Shown: piece after piece, positions 61,001-64,000 of the stretch
Layout: every line of letters starts with the position of its first letter
Numbering within the stretch: position 1 is the stretch's first letter
IMG/VR virus record: IMGVR_UViG_3300043395_003072
Span: 94,463-158,462 of that record
DNA length: 64,000 nt
Reading direction: 5' to 3' (one strand)
Source: a virus
The notes under the pieces: generated by a model
Database searches by the model: none
Told to the model about the DNA's origin: nothing
Seen by the model: only the letters and a program-made list of their open reading frames with translations
Program-made: the position numbers and the translations under genes

Positions 61001-61368
61001 GCGAGATGACCATCATGGCGATGAGGTCGAATGTGGTGACTGGCCGCATCAACGGCCTTGAGGTGAGCAACATTGTTGCTCAGCGCATCGCGGAGCTCCG
61101 TTACCAGGACATCAAGGGCTGCGTGGTCTCCGAGGTGGACTTCGAGAAGTTCAAGACGGAGGCGATCATCGGCTGCTGGGGTGCCACAAACGCCCTCGAC
61201 AGCATCGTCGTCTCCAAGATGTCTGACGACAGCACCTGGGGTCGCTTCAGCGCTAAGACGAGCACGGCCTGGCGCGACTTTGCCAAGGGCAACAATAGGA
61301 GCTTCAAGATCCTGCCCCCGGTGAGCTCGCGCTTTTACCAGCTCCTCTTCGCCGCGAAGGGTAACTGA
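55009..61368 (+). CDS. Single-subunit two-barrel RNA polymerase (YonO / cellular RdRP-like)
   Basis: Ordered motifs DGSNIIS, QIR...KG, RDSDGDRLLVLWD (57823-57837), GELVN and SIDRQK mirror the cRdRP motifs DG.G.IS, FQIR..G.KG, DLDGD...V.WD, G.I.N and AVD.AK. Start is ATG 55009, or 55069 which has a Shine-Dalgarno. Confidence 0.8.
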   Translation: MSAENNSNITATPANEQESTMTTTTTTTTAAPATPATEQEQVVHTDNVTLPKATPWDASFLEAIKDRDFPEAFKTLVLAHFKERQLHPMLCWGHHSTKQLEEFISNQLPLDSALRAFQLDTWGSRSFIGRHFSPLFKARWESLKKSQEEEEMAEIERLNKLEEVKQAERDADKAQRKAEREAQREAEKAQRKAQREAQREAEKAPKKPWRNVPNLHLDRTELSTYTVEQLKALAVINATALLVQIDSTLSLKLVQTEDGLVMPESPAKPTQIMKGFGTAKKADLIKLLNWMGSGDMSMRPAGATSDLVKAVAQNYRPEEEKPEESLAEVMVIGKAERQESAKAKRRRRESIVQLEEAIKAFPAQADAIKPIKEMVSAGGDTPTHIDLEQVDRASKALEGNTLEQVSSQVGATYCLTLQVYPTNERTAHGDGNHAQVMKVALVPSVAWRQGASFLVNQFNNWIGLEQNQDLAKKLNAKPFKVEVDDFIFVQNKTDENGNESAIPELNRVLTKLGYLAVTPGFWLKKNHPYCAWIKSVFKTNLVVRGRARSIATTPYQAQLSFQLERDAEGNVIGVSNTPVFVADLTKYGHVGLDGSNIISKNLMGTGWTPGVVAQIRLHTNPYIAQSYGVQGKGLARAHNAWAVHTQSGWVIKTDFYAKKSIIDQDDNLSPAEKESAIKALKAEYLPAIILHYDNVKGAGSKELEKAVKGKTTLLNLNQWGMEDGYESALFGGVIAEDYRGQSTTSWQNGQLYSPEVLDANKAYIHKLLDTAFKKLAVSGESALSDVEGFDVGLRQLIAAQQASNHKWVTSVAFGANQKWPTFYCEQMDMPAGFVVAGSKIGGKADKLAITGQPQLYHQCLVVANRLSWDDVNAVIEHLDGEKVTLTELQVKWLAAWGKMGVSDDDILHRLRWMAGGFVPNGTESLIWVSTVDQKTMQRDSDGDRLLVLWDKDMIKLVEDHNKSIEALLKPHLEVDRKTALDGDQKYKDLANGDWGNPDIAEEANEYICAPNAGQGPTGELVNANSAVLNHFVWQQVNGTWQPESDKMHHILKLYGFMCLLIQCSIDRQKKVWAVPALCQWLALDLYSGEITSYETLAPGVEKYSFFIQTKSGDKSIREIPVRTGYADMFNRSIIKPWLAMMINLVNAKSTCLNDTTGASFQKVFKDVAQAFLDSSNNPGGFDWAAIAQAIGAQVSAEELKSKWVFPDELYSFKDQASLYVPVPKAAPGIKWLTTKATEVYSGWRKEKGISNYPSRQLFLKLSGLTADWMAKPNAHFGDDSSALDFVREFSSMMARSVAQNLASVANSEIKQGRGGDTAREALKEIRAALTVFDVYHPVSKLIKYAVGRDAKPANVSMACLGLIRMWTKSWLTSAATNSLIEYFSVLNLYGQIDANFDWSVQEETEATRSVKEEVTPIEVAKNVLRNLEVVCNEENKTLLMQMIDDVNSDVSLATLVEKNRLAAQLHEYSIAAEPTGAERILTEWLPALELAQDNIDMATERRELFLDDSIFQDFCGLVGDPSIVTERAFLDFAQRKILPVLSRKLLSLTKSQANLANQADTCMLNWYRLVANQAGWDATKLVNNLAGFTKLYLPHMLPRTREIVDLMTPFVQAYRTKVWILDMYGKVGSLGTSDPQVHNQRMVTMVEEAVFNMKHVFDPTSGTLRKEKTIKSRPEVAVSPALRAKFTWELLSEGLSHYGLHTTRRPAFIDTKDGKKMIVTRTDRWVYMDSKMPRNLDILNKACEQGLVIGHIFNPDWLKVMLESVKNQLNVPELSADEKVNLEAKKDVLEYALADVLSMYVIEDTSPRTHERQLLGSLAFPAWYGGRDKCFQHTPFDSYRTSAHRSVWRFIMSVMPLQAEFQDKAELYDRLTGCQTLNASNRRGFAVSENTDWVNALSTSSWGTSTANSGYSRAPRDFNTTPGDMFINGTWSKPNRSPAAENLGMLDIQVGNISFQMRTDAYVSNAGCTFQVSSRSREDSENWVENAPSGFGESKGIREMTIMAMRSNVVTGRINGLEVSNIVAQRIAELRYQDIKGCVVSEVDFEKFKTEAIIGCWGATNALDSIVVSKMSDDSTWGRFSAKTSTAWRDFAKGNNRSFKILPPVSSRFYQLLFAAKGN
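55525..55620 (+). repeat. In-frame 45-bp tandem duplication in the polymerase N-terminus
   Basis: Two near-identical units (55525-55569 and 55570-55614) encoding KAQRKA(E/Q)REAQREAE. Confidence 0.85.
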
Positions 61369-61370
61369 GC

Positions 61371-62150
61371 ATGGAGATCAAGAGCATGAACTCTGTCCTG
61401 GCCCTCCTCCCGGCCTCTGACCGGAAGAACTTCGTCGCGAAGCTGATGAAGCTTAGCGTCGATGCGACGGAGCTGTGCAACTTCCTCAACCTCTTTCCTG
61501 AGGATGAGCGCGTCGAGGCTCTGAGCAGCTTCCTTGACGGGCAGGTGGAGAAGCCCGCTTCGGCTGGCAACACCACCTACAACGGCACCGTTAACCGGTA
61601 CGAGATCTCTGGCGGTAGCAATAACCGTATCGAGATCTCGTACGCTGGTGGCGGGTATGCCCGGCAGAGCTCCTCCACCTCAACGCCCAAGCAGGCTGCT
61701 GACCGCAGCGCTTGGAACGTCAAGGGTGAGCTCGTCTACCTCAAGGATGAGTGGGTGAGCGTCATCAAGAGCCTCATCGGCGACGGGAAGGCTCTCAACC
61801 TCTCCGCCGTTGAGGGCCTGAAGTTCTTGGCCGCCCACAAGGGTGAGGTCTGGGGTTCGATCAACCCGAGCAACTTCATGTATGTGTCGCAGGCCGCTAC
61901 CAGCATTGATGGCTTGGTTTGCGTTCCTCACACGGATGTGAAGTACGCTTCCGGTCCCGCCTGCTTCCTCACCATGAAGGCGGAGCTCTATGATGCTGCC
62001 AAGGCTGCTGGCTTGATCGTGGGCGGGGACAGCGTTGCTTCTCCGGCTGCGCCGGCCCCCAGCGCTGCTGCTCCCGCAACCAAGCCCGCCTCCGATCCCG
62101 TAGCTTCGGTGCAGAACTCTCAGGACCTCAACCTCGGTACTGCCTGGTAG
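61371..62150 (+). CDS. Hypothetical protein coupled to the RNA polymerase gene
   Basis: 259 aa, starts 2 nt after the polymerase stop, has the same codon bias and an Ala/Pro-rich tail. Confidence 0.7.
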   Translation: MEIKSMNSVLALLPASDRKNFVAKLMKLSVDATELCNFLNLFPEDERVEALSSFLDGQVEKPASAGNTTYNGTVNRYEISGGSNNRIEISYAGGGYARQSSSTSTPKQAADRSAWNVKGELVYLKDEWVSVIKSLIGDGKALNLSAVEGLKFLAAHKGEVWGSINPSNFMYVSQAATSIDGLVCVPHTDVKYASGPACFLTMKAELYDAAKAAGLIVGGDSVASPAAPAPSAAAPATKPASDPVASVQNSQDLNLGTAW

Positions 62151-62156
62151 ATCTAA

Positions 62157-62268
62157 ACTGAGCTGACTCGGCACTCCTTTCGAGGGGTGCCGAAATGGCC
62201 TCAGCTTCGGCTGAGGCCATCGGGGACTAAGTCCCCCTGACGACCCGCTTGCGGGGAGTCAGCTCAGT
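62157..62268 (+). ncRNA. Hammerhead ribozyme HH6 (five-way junction variant)
   Basis: 13-bp outer stem ACUGAGCUGACUC/GAGUCAGCUCAGU; hairpin GGCACUCCU-UUCG-AGGGGUGCC; GAAA (62192); stem III UGGCCUCAGC-UUCG-GCUGAGGCCA; AUC cut after 62221; stem I GGGGAC-UAA-GUCCCC; CUGACGA; hairpin CCCG-CUUG-CGGG. Confidence 0.8.
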
Positions 62269-62525
62269 CTTCTTTTAACTTATGGCTTTTCTGATTCGAA
62301 GCACAAAATGCAGCATCGACACTCCGCCACCGCTCCGCGGTGAGAGTGTTGCTACGCAACACTCCGCCACAGCCTCCGGCCGTGGCGTGCGTAGCGCCAC
62401 GGGCGCTACGGCAGCTGTGCCACAGGCAACAGACATACATTGTATGTCGATGGCGTCGTTGATGACAGAACGGCGCCACTGCAAGGACTCTCCTTGTAGT
62501 GCCAAGTCTCTTGAAAGGAGCACCT

Positions 62526-62849
62526 ATGTCAAACTCAGCTAACACCCCCGCAACTGCCGAGGACCTCCTGAAGGCCAAGGTGCTCTCCGCCGCGGCGACG
62601 CTCACCCAGATGGGCGCCAAGGTGAACACTAGGATGGACGAGCGTGAGACCGCTAACGGCTTGACTCGGTACTTCCAGTTCGAGACTAGCCTCGCCTCAA
62701 TCGCCACCCTGGATGCGGCCCTCCTTGAGGGTTTGCTGGTCACCGTGACCGTAGCGGCCTACCAAGGCAGCTACACCGGCAAGGAGGCCCTTGAGAAGAC
62801 AGCGGCTACCTCCGCTGCAAACGCGTTTGCCAATTTTGGCAAGCGCTAA
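62526..62849 (+). CDS. Hypothetical protein
   Basis: AAAGGAG Shine-Dalgarno before ATG 62526; 107 aa with GC3-rich codons. Confidence 0.7.
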   Translation: MSNSANTPATAEDLLKAKVLSAAATLTQMGAKVNTRMDERETANGLTRYFQFETSLASIATLDAALLEGLLVTVTVAAYQGSYTGKEALEKTAATSAANAFANFGKR

Positions 62850-62857
62850 GAAGCGGC

Positions 62858-64000
62858 CGTCCCACCACCATGGGGACGTTAATTGTCATGGTTTTCTCGT
62901 TTTGTTTCCTTTTAAGGAGACGAGACGAGACGAGGAAAGCGTGCAATGCACACCTCGTAAAAAAAGTGGAATACCGTCGTGACGGAAGCCGTAAGGCTCG
63001 AGTCGCCTGTCGAGCTGTCTCCTGGGCAGCGAAACGGAAATGCCCACCAGTGGCAGGCCGAAGCGTGCTCCCGCTTCGGTCAATCTGGCCTCCTGCTCGC
63101 CGTGCAGGAGGGTCATCTGGCTAGACTATAGCCAGCATGATTAACCAAGGAGGCCCACCGAGTGGGACTTCGGCGAACCACTTAGTGGGCCTCGAAACCC
63201 TTTACCAGGAGGGGAGACTTCGGTCTGAATCCTGGTCCTCTGTAGCCGTGCAGGGGAGTCACTTCATCAGTGATCGAACGAGGGCCCACTTAAGTGGGAC
63301 TACGGCAACCACCTCGGTGGGCCCTCAGCTGTGCTGTCACACAGGATAAAAAACGGCAGGGTCCCCTCCAGGGGGACTTAAATAAAAACTGGCGGTGGTC
63401 TACCTGTATCGGTAGAGAAGCTGATTGCGCACCTAAGGGAACGAAAGGTGTGCGCCCAACAAGTGGGTACTCTCAACGCAAGTTGAGAGGGAACTGAATC
63501 AACGACTATACTAGTTATGTCGCTGATTGAAAGGATCGAGGGAGCTAAAGCTGTGCACAGCTATGCCCTGATGAACGAGGAGTAATTAACCTCAAGTAGT
63601 CGAAGTTGAGAGCCGCGCTGATGAGCGGCGAGACAACAGTCTGGAAAACTGTTGTCTTATACCCGTGGTTGATGGGCATCAAGTGGGGAGGATTTCTAAG
63701 TGCATGCTACTCCAAAGCATTGCTTAGTGAATATCTCCCTGCTGGAGGTGGGGTGTTTTGACACCTCACCTTTGGGCTCGCCAGTATCTAAACTGGCTGA
63801 GACTTGTGGCAGCGCGAACGCGAGCCCAAGCTAACCAAATCAACCTGGATGGAGACCTAAAAATCTCCTGTCGACGCCCTCATTGAGACGCCTCCACGTG
63901 GCGAGGGTGGAGCCCAGCGAAAGCTGCGGTACTAAGTCTCTGCATCGGGTGATCTTCGCAGAAGGTCATCTAGGTGCAACCGCGCAGGACGGATTTCCTG
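62858..64000 (+). ncRNA. Candidate large structured non-coding RNA (continues past the window end)
   Basis: About 1.15 kb with no ORF showing a Shine-Dalgarno site and the local codon bias. Nearly continuous hairpins, UNCG/GNRA loops and pseudoknots. Strand inferred from G-U pairs, tetraloops and context. Confidence 0.6.

Noticed and set aside
62931-62945. GAGGAAAG resembling RNase P conserved region I
   Set aside because: It lacks the following UCC, and no matching 3' AGAA....GCUUA region was seen.
63449-63470. GTGCGCCC resembling a group II intron 5' end
   Set aside because: It overlaps the 3' arm of the local GCGCACCT/AGGTGTGC hairpin, interrupts no gene, and no domain V or reverse transcriptase is visible in the window.
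62870-63497. Short ORFs (84, 76, 70, 67 aa) in the terminal region
   Set aside because: They lack the AGGAG start context and GC3 bias of neighbouring genes, and the region is better explained as structured RNA.
63568-63660. Two further CTGATGA motifs in the terminal structured region
   Set aside because: Neither has a correctly placed GAAA (the second has GAGA) or a stem I partner directly after an NUH triplet, so they were not called hammerheads.

Overview
The window looks like part of a large contractile-tailed (myovirus-type, probably jumbo) phage genome with two divergent halves. Positions 1-49.7 kb are an AT-rich, tightly packed minus-strand morphogenesis operon: probable small terminase, an exonuclease-like/thermonuclease fusion, large terminase, portal, prohead protease, major capsid, neck, sheath, three tail-tube paralogues, chaperones, a tape-measure-like protein and a 3046-aa protein with two-barrel RNA polymerase motifs (GDFDAD), a candidate virion RNAP. 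After a short repeat-containing junction (49.8-50.0 kb) the sequence becomes GC-rich and codes on the plus strand: small accessory genes (FGE-sulfatase-like, calcineurin-like phosphoesterase, HExxH peptidase, UBA-like) and a ~2120-aa single-subunit RNA polymerase of the YonO/cellular-RdRP type (RDSDGD). The main finding is six hammerhead ribozyme motifs, one in each of six sizeable intergenic spacers of this plus-strand region. All are in sense orientation and share an unusual layout in which all three helices are local hairpins and the chain opens at or next to the A9/10.1 position. They should cut the transcript into mostly single-gene RNAs. Several H-type pseudoknots and a >1.1-kb, densely structured, apparently non-coding RNA (running off the window end) accompany them. 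All calls come from reading motifs and base-pairing by eye; no database search or folding program was run.
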